From Acutalibacteraceae bacterium (lineage in GTDB: Bacteria; Bacillota; Clostridia; Oscillospirales; Acutalibacteraceae): a stretch of 64,000 nucleotides of DNA. This document shows positions 38,032-48,230 of this stretch, piece after piece (position 1 is the first letter of the stretch; the number at the start of each line of letters is the position of its first letter). A program made the position numbers and the translations under genes. The stretch covers positions 7,924 to 71,923 of the forward strand of contig JAZULQ010000063.1 in assembly GCA_045603185.1 (NCBI GenBank), given 5' to 3'. The notes beneath the pieces are model-generated. The model did not search any database, had not been told where the DNA came from, and saw only the letters and a list, made by a program, of their open reading frames with translations.

Positions 38032-40728
38032 TTGAAGAAAGAGCTCGCAAAGCAGTACGATCCTAAAAATGTTGAGGACCGTATATATAAATCATGGCTT
38101 GCAGGTAAGTATTTCCACGCAAAGTGCGAAGAGGGTAAACCTACCTACACCATAGTTATTCCGCCACCGAATATTACCGGTCAGCTTCACATGGGACATG
38201 CCCTTGATAATACCTTGCAGGATATTCTTATCCGCTGGAAGAGAATGAGCGGTTATGATACACTCTGGCTTCCCGGTACAGACCACGCCTCTATTGCTAC
38301 TGAAGCAAAGATTGTTGAGGCTATGCGTGCAGAGGGTATCACTAAAGAGGATTTAGGACGTGACGTATTCCTTGAAAGAGCCTGGGATTGGAAAGCTCAG
38401 TACGGCGGCAGAATCGTTGTACAGTTGAAGAAATTAGGCTCTTCCTGTGACTGGGACAGAGAACGATTCACTCTTGATGAGGGTTGCAATAAGGCGGTTA
38501 ATACAGTTTTCAAAACTCTCTACGACAAGGATTTGATTTACAGAGGCAACCGAATGGTTAACTGGTGTCCTTGCTGTAACACTTCCATTTCTGACGCAGA
38601 GGTAGAATACGAAGAAAAAGACGGTAATTTCTGGCATCTTCTTTATACTGTTAAAGAAACAGGCGAGAAGCTCGAGTTAGCAACAACACGTCCCGAAACT
38701 ATGCTCGGTGATACTGCAGTTGCTATAAATGCTGAGGATGAACGTTACAAGCATCTTCACGGTTGTCACGTAATTTTACCGCTTCTTAATAAAGAGATTC
38801 CTATCGTTTGCGATGAACACGCAGATATGACAAAGGGTACAGGTGTTGTTAAAATTACACCTGCTCATGACCCCAATGACTTTGAAGTTGGTCAGAGAAA
38901 TAATCTTCCCATTGTACGTACATTTACTTATGATGGTCACCTTACAGGTGCTGAAGATAAGAGAATAGCCGATGAGCTTATCGCAAGTGGCAGAGCTACT
39001 GAAAATGAGCCCGAGGTTCTTGATTGCGGTAAGTATGCAGGTATGACAACATTGGAAGCAAGAAAGGCAATTCTTGCAGACCTTGAGGCAGGCGGCTATA
39101 TTAAGGAAATTGAGCCCCTTAAGCACGAGGTAGGTACATGCTACCGTTGCCACAGCACCATTGAACCCATGGTTTCAAAGCAGTGGTTCGTTCGTATGGT
39201 TCCTCTTGCAAAACCTGCTATTGAAGCAGTTGAAAAGGGCGAAACTAAGTTCGTTCCCGAAAGATTTACAAAGAATTACCTTAACTGGATGAACAATACA
39301 CGTGACTGGTGCGTATCACGTCAGCTTTGGTGGGGTCATAGAATACCTGCTTGGTATTGTGATGATTGCGGTGGCGTTACTGTCAGTGTCGAAGCACCCG
39401 AAAAATGCGCAAAGTGCGGTTCTGTTCATCTTGCTCAGGATGAAGATACTCTTGATACATGGTTCAGCTCAGCTCTTTGGCCCTTCTCAACACTCGGCTG
39501 GCCTGAAAAAACAAAGGATTTAGAGCATTACTATCCTACAAATACTCTTGTTACCGGCTATGATATCATCGGTTTCTGGGTATCACGTATGATTTTCTCT
39601 GCTCTTGAATATACCGGCAAGGTTCCTTTTGATACTGTTCTTATTCACGGTCTTGTTCGTGACGCTCAGGGAAGAAAGATGTCAAAATCTCTCGGTAACG
39701 GTATTGATCCTCTTGAAATTATTGACCAGTACGGTGCTGATGCTTTGAGATTCTCTCTTGCAACCGGTAACAGCCCCGGTAATGATATGCGTTTCCTTCC
39801 TGAGAAAATTGAAGCAAGCCGTAACTTTGCTAACAAGCTCTGGAATGCAAACCGTATCATTCTTATGAATCTTGATGAGGATGAACCCGCGCCTTATATT
39901 CCCGAAAATCTTGCAACTGAGGATAAGTGGATTCTCAGCCGCTTCAACAGTCTTGTTAAAGCTGTTCAGAACTCTCTTGAGAACTATGAGCTTGGTATTG
40001 CAGTTCAGAATCTTTACGATTTTATTTGGGACGTATTCTGCGACTGGTACATTGAAATTGCTAAAATTCGTCTTAACGGTGACAATGAAGAAGGCAAAAA
40101 GACCGCAAAAGCAGTTCTTGTTTACGTAATGTCTAATACACTTAAGCTTCTTCATCCCTTTATGCCGTTTATTACTGAAGAAATCTGGCTCGCTCTTCCT
40201 CATGACGGCGAATCTATTATGATTTCCGAATGGTGCAAATATGACGAAAGCCTTAATTTCCCTGCAGAAGAAGCAGCTATGGAACGTGTTATGTCCGCTA
40301 TTAAGGCTATACGTAACCGCCGTGCAGAAATGAATGTTCCGCCTTCAAAGAAAGCGAAGCTTTATATTGCTACAAAGTATATTGATGATTTTACTAATGG
40401 TAGCGTATTTATGAACAGACTTGCTTATGCTTCTGAGGTTGAAGTTGGCGATGAGTTTGAAATTGAAGGCAGTGTAAGCGTTATTACTGAATCTGCAAAG
40501 ATTTTCATTCCTCTTAATGAGCTTGTTGACTTTGAGGCAGAACGTGCAAGACTCCAGAAGGAACTTGACGCCGCCAAAAAGGACCTTCAGTTTGTTGAAA
40601 ACAAACTGAATAATCCCGGATTTGTTGCTAAAGCTCCCGAGAAGGTTATCGCTCAGGAACGAGAGAAGCAGGCGAAATATCTTGCAAAAATTGCAATGCT
40701 TGAAGAAAGTCTTGAAAAACTACAATGA
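38032..40728 (+). CDS. valS: Valyl-tRNA synthetase
   Basis: HIGH motif (PPPNITGQLHMGHAL), KMSKS, and a C-terminal coiled coil. TTG start with an AAGGGGGA SD. Confidence 0.96.
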   Translation: MKKELAKQYDPKNVEDRIYKSWLAGKYFHAKCEEGKPTYTIVIPPPNITGQLHMGHALDNTLQDILIRWKRMSGYDTLWLPGTDHASIATEAKIVEAMRAEGITKEDLGRDVFLERAWDWKAQYGGRIVVQLKKLGSSCDWDRERFTLDEGCNKAVNTVFKTLYDKDLIYRGNRMVNWCPCCNTSISDAEVEYEEKDGNFWHLLYTVKETGEKLELATTRPETMLGDTAVAINAEDERYKHLHGCHVILPLLNKEIPIVCDEHADMTKGTGVVKITPAHDPNDFEVGQRNNLPIVRTFTYDGHLTGAEDKRIADELIASGRATENEPEVLDCGKYAGMTTLEARKAILADLEAGGYIKEIEPLKHEVGTCYRCHSTIEPMVSKQWFVRMVPLAKPAIEAVEKGETKFVPERFTKNYLNWMNNTRDWCVSRQLWWGHRIPAWYCDDCGGVTVSVEAPEKCAKCGSVHLAQDEDTLDTWFSSALWPFSTLGWPEKTKDLEHYYPTNTLVTGYDIIGFWVSRMIFSALEYTGKVPFDTVLIHGLVRDAQGRKMSKSLGNGIDPLEIIDQYGADALRFSLATGNSPGNDMRFLPEKIEASRNFANKLWNANRIILMNLDEDEPAPYIPENLATEDKWILSRFNSLVKAVQNSLENYELGIAVQNLYDFIWDVFCDWYIEIAKIRLNGDNEEGKKTAKAVLVYVMSNTLKLLHPFMPFITEEIWLALPHDGESIMISEWCKYDESLNFPAEEAAMERVMSAIKAIRNRRAEMNVPPSKKAKLYIATKYIDDFTNGSVFMNRLAYASEVEVGDEFEIEGSVSVITESAKIFIPLNELVDFEAERARLQKELDAAKKDLQFVENKLNNPGFVAKAPEKVIAQEREKQAKYLAKIAMLEESLEKLQ

Positions 40729-42023
40729 ATTACACTGAAGCAGTAGATTATATCCATTCATTATTAAAATTCGGTATCCGTCCCGGTCTTTCCGGGATGG
40801 ATGCCTTATTGCGTTTTTTGGGAAATCCCGAAAAAGGTTTGAACTACGTTCACGTCGCCGGAACTAACGGAAAAGGCTCGGTTTCAACAGCCGTATCAAA
40901 TGTTATGATTGAAGCCGGATACAGAACAGGGCTTTACACATCTCCTTACGTGAGCGAGTTTTTAGAAAGAATACAGTTTCAAGGTTTACCCATTGAAAAG
41001 AAAATTTTTGCCGACAGTGTCGAAAAAGTTAAAGCAGCCGTTGAAACACTTTCCTTTGAAGGTGTTGTTATTACTGAGTTCGAGGCGTTGACTGCAGCGG
41101 CTTTTTTGTGCTTTAAAACTATAAATTGTGATGTGGTCGTACTTGAAGTTGGTTTGGGCGGCAGACTCGATGCTACTAATATTATTGAAACACCGCTTGT
41201 AAATATAATTACATCACTTTCTCTTGACCATACTGCAATTTTAGGTGAAACCATTGAAGAGATAGCATTTGAAAAGTGCGGCACTCTTAAAGAAAATGGG
41301 AATTTAGTCTGCTCCGTAGGACAGCCCGAAAAGGCAATGAATGTTATCCATGAAACTGTAAAGAAACTTAATTGTAAATTAGTTGTTCCGTCTGAAAAAC
41401 ATATTCAGGTAGTAAAATCTGACTTGTTCGGAACTGATTTTATATATAAAAATGAAAAGTATAAAATAACAATGCCCGGCTTGCACCAGGTGAAAAATAT
41501 GACCTGCGTTATCGAAGCGTGTGAAATATTAAAGGACAGATTCAGTGTTTCAAATGACAATATAAAAAACGGTATAGAGAAAACAGTTTTACCGGCTCGT
41601 GTAGAGATTGTTTCCAAAAGACCGCTTATTGTCCTTGATGGCGGTCACAATAAAGATGGTGCTAAAGCTTTTTTTGATGCCGTCAAGGCGGTGCTTAATG
41701 ATAAAAAACGCGTTTTTGTTGTTGCGGGGATGATGGCTGATAAAGAGGTCGAAAATGCTCTCAGCGATTTGATGAGCAGTGCCGACTGTTTTGTTTGTGT
41801 TACTCCGGATAACCCTCGTGCTATGACGTCGTCGTTACTTGCCGGAATTGCAAAGAAGTATTGTGAAAATACAAAAGCTATTAATTCACCTTTGGAAGCG
41901 ATTGATTATGTACTCAGTGAATTGAGTGAAGATGACACCCTTTGTGTTGTAGGTTCGCTTTACCTTGCGGGTGAGGTACGTGAGCATTTAATTAAAAAAA
42001 TAAATGAATTATCGTTGATTTAA
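40725..42023 (+). CDS. folC: Bifunctional folylpolyglutamate synthase / dihydrofolate synthase
   Basis: Mur ligase P-loop VAGTNGKGS plus LEVGLGGRLDATN and DGGHN motifs. It follows valS as in Bacillus. Confidence 0.9.
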   Translation: MNYTEAVDYIHSLLKFGIRPGLSGMDALLRFLGNPEKGLNYVHVAGTNGKGSVSTAVSNVMIEAGYRTGLYTSPYVSEFLERIQFQGLPIEKKIFADSVEKVKAAVETLSFEGVVITEFEALTAAAFLCFKTINCDVVVLEVGLGGRLDATNIIETPLVNIITSLSLDHTAILGETIEEIAFEKCGTLKENGNLVCSVGQPEKAMNVIHETVKKLNCKLVVPSEKHIQVVKSDLFGTDFIYKNEKYKITMPGLHQVKNMTCVIEACEILKDRFSVSNDNIKNGIEKTVLPARVEIVSKRPLIVLDGGHNKDGAKAFFDAVKAVLNDKKRVFVVAGMMADKEVENALSDLMSSADCFVCVTPDNPRAMTSSLLAGIAKKYCENTKAINSPLEAIDYVLSELSEDDTLCVVGSLYLAGEVREHLIKKINELSLI

Positions 42024-42060
42024 AGTTCGGAAAATGGTAAAATAAAGTCAGGTGATTAAT

Positions 42061-42621
42061 ATGGTTAAATTTGATGCTTTTGCAGGCGGTATTGAAATCG
42101 GCGGTCTGCGTAATATGTTAGAAATAAAAATCCTGATTTGTTATGTTCTTAAGTCAGTAAAAACTCCCATGACTCGCAATCAGATTTCCGATTCGTTGCA
42201 GAAAACAGGTTTAGTTAATTATTTTGATGCTAATTCTGCAATCGACGAGTTAATTGAAAACGGAACGGTTTGTGAGCAAATTTATATGGGTGAACCTCAT
42301 CTTGTTGTTACACCGACCGGCGGGAACAGTGCCCTTGCCCTTGAAAATACACTTTTACCCAGTGTCAGGGATAAGGCGGTTAAGGCGGCGCTTAATATTG
42401 TTGCGCGTGCTCGTTCCGAGAGAGAAACAAACGTCGTAATAGAGAATGTTGAGAACGGATGTAACGTAACCTTTGAAATATTAAGTTCGGGTGAAACGAT
42501 GCTTTCTTTAACCCTTAACGTTGCTGACGTTTTACAGGCAGAGCAGTTAAAAGATGGCTTCCTTGACGATCCGGGAGCACTTTATTCAGATATTATAGAC
42601 AGACTTATCGGTGAAAAATAA
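42061..42621 (+). CDS. DUF4364 family protein
   Basis: Position downstream of valS-folC and a winged-helix-like N-terminus (LEIKILICYVLKSV). AGGTGA SD before ATG 42061. Confidence 0.5.
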   Translation: MVKFDAFAGGIEIGGLRNMLEIKILICYVLKSVKTPMTRNQISDSLQKTGLVNYFDANSAIDELIENGTVCEQIYMGEPHLVVTPTGGNSALALENTLLPSVRDKAVKAALNIVARARSERETNVVIENVENGCNVTFEILSSGETMLSLTLNVADVLQAEQLKDGFLDDPGALYSDIIDRLIGEK

Positions 42622-42635
42622 GAATAATAATTTTC

Positions 42636-42668
42636 GGAGAATTCGCTTATGCGGATTCTCTTTTTTTA
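42636..42668 (+). terminator. Rho-independent terminator of valS-folC-DUF4364
   Basis: GAGAATTCGC-TTAT-GCGGATTCTC followed by TTTTTTT. Confidence 0.8.
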
Positions 42669-42748
42669 TTTTATGTTGAATTCTTCGTTTAAATGGCAAT
42701 TTTATGATAATAATATTTCAAGTAAAAGGTCAAAATGGAAGTGAATAA

Positions 42749-44245
42749 ATGAGTAATGTGATTCTGAGAATGACTGATATATCGAAAAGCTTTTCGGGTG
42801 TAAAAGCACTGAAAAATGCCGCGTTGGAATTACGAGCCGGAGAAGTGCACGCATTAATGGGTGAAAACGGTGCAGGTAAATCCACTCTTATGAAGATACT
42901 AACGGGTATTTATGGCAGAGATGGCGGTGAAATTGAGCTTTTCGGAGAAAAAGTCAATTTTCAAAATGTCAAAGATTCCCAGGAAAAAGGAATAGCCATT
43001 ATACATCAGGAACTGAATATGATGAAAGACTTGACGGTTGCCCAAAATATTTTCATCGGCAGAGAATATATGCAGTTTGGCGTTTTCATCAATGACGCTC
43101 AAATGGAGCGTGAAGCGAAAAAGCTACTCGATTACGTTGGCGTAAAAATACCGCCCGGAGAACGGCTTGGAAACCTGACGGTCGGAAAGCAACAAATGGT
43201 TGAAATAGCAAAAGCGATTTCCTTTGACTCCAAACTGTTGATACTTGATGAACCAACAGCCGCACTCACTTCTGTGGAAGTAGATGAGCTTTTCAGGATT
43301 ATGAATGAGCTGAAAAGCAGGGGAATAGGTATGATTTATATTTCCCATAGAATGGATGAAATAAAGCGCATTTCCGATAGAGTTACAGTAATGCGTGACG
43401 GCGAATATATAGGAACTGTAAATACAAATGAAACCAATACCGAAGAAATTGTAAAAATGATGGTGGGACGTGTTATTTACGGCACTAAAAAAGAAAAGAG
43501 CGCTTGTCCCGATAATGCGCCAAAAGTATTGGAGGTTAAGAATCTTAACGTAGGCGACAGCGTGAAAAATGTTAGTTTTCACTTAAAAAAAGGTGAAATA
43601 CTCGGCTTTTCAGGGCTTATGGGTGCAGGACGTACCGAGGTTGCAAGAGCAATTTTCGGTGCTGATAAAAAGGACAGCGGCGAAATCAGAATAAATGGCG
43701 AACTCGTAAATATTGAAACACCCGGCGAAGCTGTTTCAAAGGGTATTTGCTACATTTCTGAGGATAGAAAACGATACGGACTTTTGCTTGATAAATCTGT
43801 TGCGGAAAACTCAGTTCTGGCGAGTATACCTATGTTCGTAAAGCTTGGTTTTATTGATGATTATAAAGCTAAGAAAACCGCCGAGGAAGTAAATAAAAAA
43901 TTAAGAACTAAAACTCCGTCGGTAGCACAGCTTTTAAGGAATCTTTCGGGTGGCAATCAGCAAAAGGTAGTTGTTGCAAAGTGGCTTATAAAGGATGCAG
44001 AAATTTTTATTTTTGATGAACCTACGCGAGGGATAGACATAGGCGCGAAAAGTGAAATGTACGAATTGATGGAAGAGTTAGTAAAAAAAGGTAAATCTAT
44101 AATTATGATTTCATCGGAGCTTGCAGAGATTCAAAGGTGCTCTGACAGAGTGATTGTTATGTGTGAAGGTAGAATTACCGGCGAACTTCCCATTGAAGAC
44201 GCGACACAGGAAAATATAATGCAGTACGCAATGATGCGTGAATAG
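42749..44245 (+). CDS. Sugar ABC transporter ATP-binding protein (tandem ABC domains, RbsA/MglA-like)
   Basis: Two Walker A / signature sets: GENGAGKST and LTVGKQQ, then GLMGAGRTE and LSGGNQQK. Confidence 0.9.
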   Translation: MSNVILRMTDISKSFSGVKALKNAALELRAGEVHALMGENGAGKSTLMKILTGIYGRDGGEIELFGEKVNFQNVKDSQEKGIAIIHQELNMMKDLTVAQNIFIGREYMQFGVFINDAQMEREAKKLLDYVGVKIPPGERLGNLTVGKQQMVEIAKAISFDSKLLILDEPTAALTSVEVDELFRIMNELKSRGIGMIYISHRMDEIKRISDRVTVMRDGEYIGTVNTNETNTEEIVKMMVGRVIYGTKKEKSACPDNAPKVLEVKNLNVGDSVKNVSFHLKKGEILGFSGLMGAGRTEVARAIFGADKKDSGEIRINGELVNIETPGEAVSKGICYISEDRKRYGLLLDKSVAENSVLASIPMFVKLGFIDDYKAKKTAEEVNKKLRTKTPSVAQLLRNLSGGNQQKVVVAKWLIKDAEIFIFDEPTRGIDIGAKSEMYELMEELVKKGKSIIMISSELAEIQRCSDRVIVMCEGRITGELPIEDATQENIMQYAMMRE

Positions 44246-44256
44246 GAGGGGCTCAT

Positions 44257-45255
44257 TTGAATACAAAAACAGAAATTTTTGATAAATCGAAATTGACCTT
44301 GTTTCAGAAAAGTAAGCAGAATTTTATTATTGTAATTGCCCTTGTGGTGCTTGTTGTTATATTTTATCTCCTTAATCCTAATTTTTTGAATGAATATAAC
44401 ATCATAAGTATGGCGCAGTCACTAGCACCCTATGCCATTCTCGGACTCGGTGTAACTTTCGCCATTGCAACGGGTGGTATTGACTTATCAATAGGTACCG
44501 TGTGTATTGCTTCATCTGTAATAGCAGGTAAACTTTACACAGACGGAATTATACCTTTGTGGGGTACAATTCCCACTATGATTTTAATCGGCGGCTTGTT
44601 TGGCTTGATAAACGGTCTGTTAATTGCGAAGCTTAAATTACCTGCGTTTATCGCAACGCTCGGAACTATGATGGTTTCCAGAGGTCTTTCTGCAATAATT
44701 GTTAATGCACCTAATGTGTTTTATCCCACAGGAACCTGGTTCAATAAATTATTTTCAAATTATAACGGATTTCCGTCGGGCGTAATATGGGTTTTCGGGT
44801 TTATGCTCATCTGTATGTATCTTATGTATAAGAATAAAGCAGGACGTTATATTTTATCAATCGGTTCAAATGAAGAGGCGACCCGCCTTTCAGGTATAAA
44901 TACTGACAGATATAAAATTATCGCCTATGTTATAACCGGTCTTGCGGCAGGTATTGCGGCTATATTCTGGTCGTCATCCTTTGTTACTGTTGCTTCGGCA
45001 ACCGGTAACGGAATGGAGCTTGACGCCATTGCCGGTGTGTATATAGGCGGTACTTCTGCCGCAGGCGGTATCGCGTCTGTCGGTGGTTCCGTAATCGGTG
45101 CCGCAATGCTTGTGGTTATACGTTCGGGTCTTAATTTCGTTCTCGCAAAATACAACGTAAGCGTCAATTCGACGTATGTTACCTATGTTCTGACGGGCGT
45201 TATTGTTGTATTTTCCGTTTTAATAGATATCGTCAAAAACAAAAAGAAAAAATAA
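44257..45255 (+). CDS. Sugar ABC transporter permease (RbsC/BPD_transp_2-like)
   Basis: About 9 TM helices and GGIDLSIGT and GTSAAGG motifs. TTG start. Confidence 0.85.
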   Translation: MNTKTEIFDKSKLTLFQKSKQNFIIVIALVVLVVIFYLLNPNFLNEYNIISMAQSLAPYAILGLGVTFAIATGGIDLSIGTVCIASSVIAGKLYTDGIIPLWGTIPTMILIGGLFGLINGLLIAKLKLPAFIATLGTMMVSRGLSAIIVNAPNVFYPTGTWFNKLFSNYNGFPSGVIWVFGFMLICMYLMYKNKAGRYILSIGSNEEATRLSGINTDRYKIIAYVITGLAAGIAAIFWSSSFVTVASATGNGMELDAIAGVYIGGTSAAGGIASVGGSVIGAAMLVVIRSGLNFVLAKYNVSVNSTYVTYVLTGVIVVFSVLIDIVKNKKKK

Positions 45256-45269
45256 TCAGGAGGATAAGT

Positions 45270-46355
45270 ATGAAATTAAAACAAATTGTAGCCCTCATGG
45301 TTGTTGCAGTGATGATGCTGACCATGTTCGCGGCATGCGGTGAAAACGATGAAAATCAAGGTGCAACTTCACTTAACGACGGTGGCGCAACAAACACTTC
45401 AAAAACCATTGCAGTGGTTGCAAAAGGTGAGTCGCACGCATTCTGGCAAGCAGTTAAAAGCGGTGCTGAGGACGCCGCTAAAAAATATGGATACACCTTG
45501 ACTTTCCGCGGGCCTGCATCCGAAAGCTCTTCAGATTTGCCCTCACAAAAGGAGATGGTTCAGACCGCACTTTCTAACAATGTGTCGGGTCTTGTTATTG
45601 CAACTATCGGTGAAGGCTTCGCTGATATGTTGACCCAGGCTTATGACAAAAAAATACCCGTTGTCCAGTTTGACAGCGGTGTATGGGATGCAGATATTAA
45701 GACTCTCGATTCACAGAATAAAAATCCTATTGTTTCAACAGTAGCTACTTCAAACAGGGATGCCGCCGCACTTAACGCTGAGCAGTTTTTCGAGATTATT
45801 AAAAAGGATATTGCCGATTCAAAGGACACATATGTTATCGGCGTTATTCAGCACGATGAAACTCAGACAGGTATCGATAGAGTAAAGGGCTTCGTTGAAA
45901 AGTTTTCTGAGCTCGCTGATGCTGACGAAAGCACCAAGGGCAAATATAAAATCGAAAAAGAGGTTAAACCGGGAGATGCAAACAATGCTTATATAGATGC
46001 ACTGAATGCATTGGTTGAAAAGAAAGCGAAAGCTGTATTTATGTCGAACGAAGGTGTCGTTAAACAGGTGAGTGACGCGATTGCCGCCAATGCCGGAAAA
46101 TACGATGGAATTATATTCAGCGGATTTGATGCCGGTACAAAGCAGATTCAGTGGATAAAAAACAAGGATGCAAAATCAAAGCTTGTTGGCTCTGTTGCTC
46201 AGGACTCATATAATATCGGCTATAATGCTGTTGAACAGTGCGTCTTTGCTATCGAGGGAAAAGATGTAAAAGAAACAGTTGATATTGAGGGTCAGTGGTA
46301 TGACAGCACCAATATTGATAAAATGATTCAGGATAACATTGTATACGAAGGATAA
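45270..46355 (+). CDS. Sugar ABC transporter substrate-binding lipoprotein (periplasmic binding protein type I)
   Basis: Lipobox LTMFAACGE and a Peripla_BP-like fold (KTIAVVAKGESHAFWQAV). Confidence 0.8.
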   Translation: MKLKQIVALMVVAVMMLTMFAACGENDENQGATSLNDGGATNTSKTIAVVAKGESHAFWQAVKSGAEDAAKKYGYTLTFRGPASESSSDLPSQKEMVQTALSNNVSGLVIATIGEGFADMLTQAYDKKIPVVQFDSGVWDADIKTLDSQNKNPIVSTVATSNRDAAALNAEQFFEIIKKDIADSKDTYVIGVIQHDETQTGIDRVKGFVEKFSELADADESTKGKYKIEKEVKPGDANNAYIDALNALVEKKAKAVFMSNEGVVKQVSDAIAANAGKYDGIIFSGFDAGTKQIQWIKNKDAKSKLVGSVAQDSYNIGYNAVEQCVFAIEGKDVKETVDIEGQWYDSTNIDKMIQDNIVYEG

Positions 46356-46388
46356 AAAAACGGAGTGGTTTTCCACTCCGACTTTTTT
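46354..46388. terminator. Bidirectional terminator between the ABC operon and the Cys-rich gene
   Basis: AAAAAAA-CGGAGTGG-TTTT-CCACTCCG-ACTTTTTT. Confidence 0.85.
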
Positions 46389-47223
46389 ATTTAGAACAAC
46401 CGCAATTTCCACCGGGATTAAAAACAGGTGAGCAGTCATTATCTCTCATATTAGGCGGGAAAAATTCATCAATAGGGAAGCTGATTCGTTTGAATGTGTC
46501 GCAGGGGTCTTCGGTGTCACAACAGCATTCTTTGGTGGGTACACAGAAATCGTATGCAGGTATAAGCATCTGGACATCGCGTTCAAGCTGGATAATGGTG
46601 AAAATACCCAAAGTAACCTTGACGGCTTTTTCACCGTAATTACCGAAATTACCATCAAAACAACGGCAGATGTTTCTGGGTACAGAGTCACAGCAATCGC
46701 CCAATGTGTTGCAGCAATCGCAGATTCTGCAAATCTGTGCATCAAGAATTATGGGATCTACGCACTGAACTTTAGCTTTGGGATTTGAGTTTGTGACGGG
46801 ATTCTGTTCATCGTTTCCGTCACAGACATAATTTGATGTAAATATTTTAACATTTCCGTCGCTACCGTAAAGCACGCACTTTTTACCGAATGTAACAAGA
46901 CCCTCGATAGTTGTTGGTTGAGCCGTAGGGCAGGTAAGCGCATCAAGAACAACTTTTACAAAGAACGTGAGGTCTACTGAGTAGCAACCACGGTTAAACG
47001 GGACTTTTTCAACTTCAACAATGCAGTTAAGTATTTGTGCTGAACGAGGACGAACGAGGGATGCAGATTCAAGGATATGTTGGTTGCAGTCTGTAAGGTA
47101 AACCCTTAAATCCGTCAAGCAGTCTTTGTCGGCACATGAATCGTAAACTCTGTTTGTGTCAACACAGATGGCTTCTTTGATGTGATGAAGGTCCGGTCCT
47201 GAGAATGGTTTTTTGTCAGCCAT
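46387..47223 (-). CDS. Cysteine-rich protein of unknown function (26 Cys in 278 aa), possible spore coat/exosporium component
   Basis: Strong GGAGG SD. Cys clusters include CRICDCCNTLGDCCDSVPRNICRC, ECCCDTEDPC and GGNCGCSK. There is no signal peptide or TM helix. I do not recognise the family. Confidence 0.55.
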   Translation of the reverse strand: MADKKPFSGPDLHHIKEAICVDTNRVYDSCADKDCLTDLRVYLTDCNQHILESASLVRPRSAQILNCIVEVEKVPFNRGCYSVDLTFFVKVVLDALTCPTAQPTTIEGLVTFGKKCVLYGSDGNVKIFTSNYVCDGNDEQNPVTNSNPKAKVQCVDPIILDAQICRICDCCNTLGDCCDSVPRNICRCFDGNFGNYGEKAVKVTLGIFTIIQLERDVQMLIPAYDFCVPTKECCCDTEDPCDTFKRISFPIDEFFPPNMRDNDCSPVFNPGGNCGCSK

Positions 47224-47335
47224 ATTTTTGCCTCCTGATTATAGTTTAAAGCAAACAAAAAAATTTGTCTGAACTTCATTACTATAATATGTAGGAGGGT
47301 AGTGATGGTTACAGAGTTTTTAAAAATTGAAAATA

Positions 47336-48226
47336 TTATTCTATTATATCACCTAATTCAAAGGGCGGAATATAGTCTTCGGAGGCGGAGTCGAGTTCTT
47401 GTATAAAACCGTCTTCAATGCCTGAGTCGTAGAGATATTCTTCTATTTCTCTGTACTCGTCTTCTGTCAAACGTCTGTGCAATGAATCAATAGTGCAGTT
47501 TTCTATTGGGGTGAATTGACTCATAAGACTGAAAAGAATCTGACCTTCGCTGAAATTATTTTTGACCCAGTCGATTACGCCTTTTGTGTTTTCAGACTGT
47601 CCCGGCAAAATTAAATGACGGATTATAACACCACTTACCATTATTCCGTTGTCGTCAATTACATAATCACCTACCTGACGGTACATTTCCTTTATAGCGT
47701 CAGTGGCGATTTCAAAATAATTTTCGGCAGAGGAATATCTTTTGGCAAGGCAGTCATCCGAATACTTGAAATCGGGGAGATAAATATTTATTTTACCCTC
47801 TAGTTTTTTTAATGAGTCCACGCTGTCATATCCACCGCAGTTGTAGACTACCGGAACAGGTAGCGGTTCGTCAAGAGAGTCACAAATAGCGTTGACAAAA
47901 TGACTTCCGGTTACAAGATTAATGTTGTGAGCACCTTGCGATATTAAGTCACGGTAAATTGATTTTAACTGCTCTACGGTAATTTCTTTGCCGAATTTAC
48001 CCCGACTGATTTTTTCATTCTGGCAAAATTTACATTGCAGATTACAACCCGAAAAAAATACTGTTCCGCTTCCGTTTGTGCCGCTGATAGGCGGTTCTTC
48101 CCACATGTGTAAGGCGGCGCGGGCGATTACCGGGTTTTCACCCATATGGCAAAAGCCCTTACCGCTATCGGTAAGAGCTTTTCTTTGTGCGTTACATTTT
48201 CTTGGACAATCGTTACATAAATACAT
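47336..48226 (-). CDS. Radical SAM protein, PflX-type (pyruvate formate-lyase activase-like, COG1313)
   Basis: From ATG 48226: MYLCNDCPRKCNAQR..., then HMWEEPPISG and the CNLQCKFC radical SAM cluster. The track start at 48397 would overlap the upstream SH3b gene by 167 nt. ATG 48226 lies 5 nt after that gene's stop. Confidence 0.8.
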   Translation of the reverse strand: MYLCNDCPRKCNAQRKALTDSGKGFCHMGENPVIARAALHMWEEPPISGTNGSGTVFFSGCNLQCKFCQNEKISRGKFGKEITVEQLKSIYRDLISQGAHNINLVTGSHFVNAICDSLDEPLPVPVVYNCGGYDSVDSLKKLEGKINIYLPDFKYSDDCLAKRYSSAENYFEIATDAIKEMYRQVGDYVIDDNGIMVSGVIIRHLILPGQSENTKGVIDWVKNNFSEGQILFSLMSQFTPIENCTIDSLHRRLTEDEYREIEEYLYDSGIEDGFIQELDSASEDYIPPFELGDIIE

Positions 48227-48230
48227 GGAA

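Noticed and set aside
39682-40203. 173-aa minus-strand ORF inside valS (and 38776-39153)
   Set aside because: Shadow ORFs antisense to valS. There is no start context and no similarity to anything I recognise.
47238-47243. Perfect TATAAT (minus strand) just upstream of the Cys-rich gene
   Set aside because: It ends 2 nt before the GGAGG SD. A transcript started from it would lack the ribosome-binding site, and no -35 element lies at a suitable distance.
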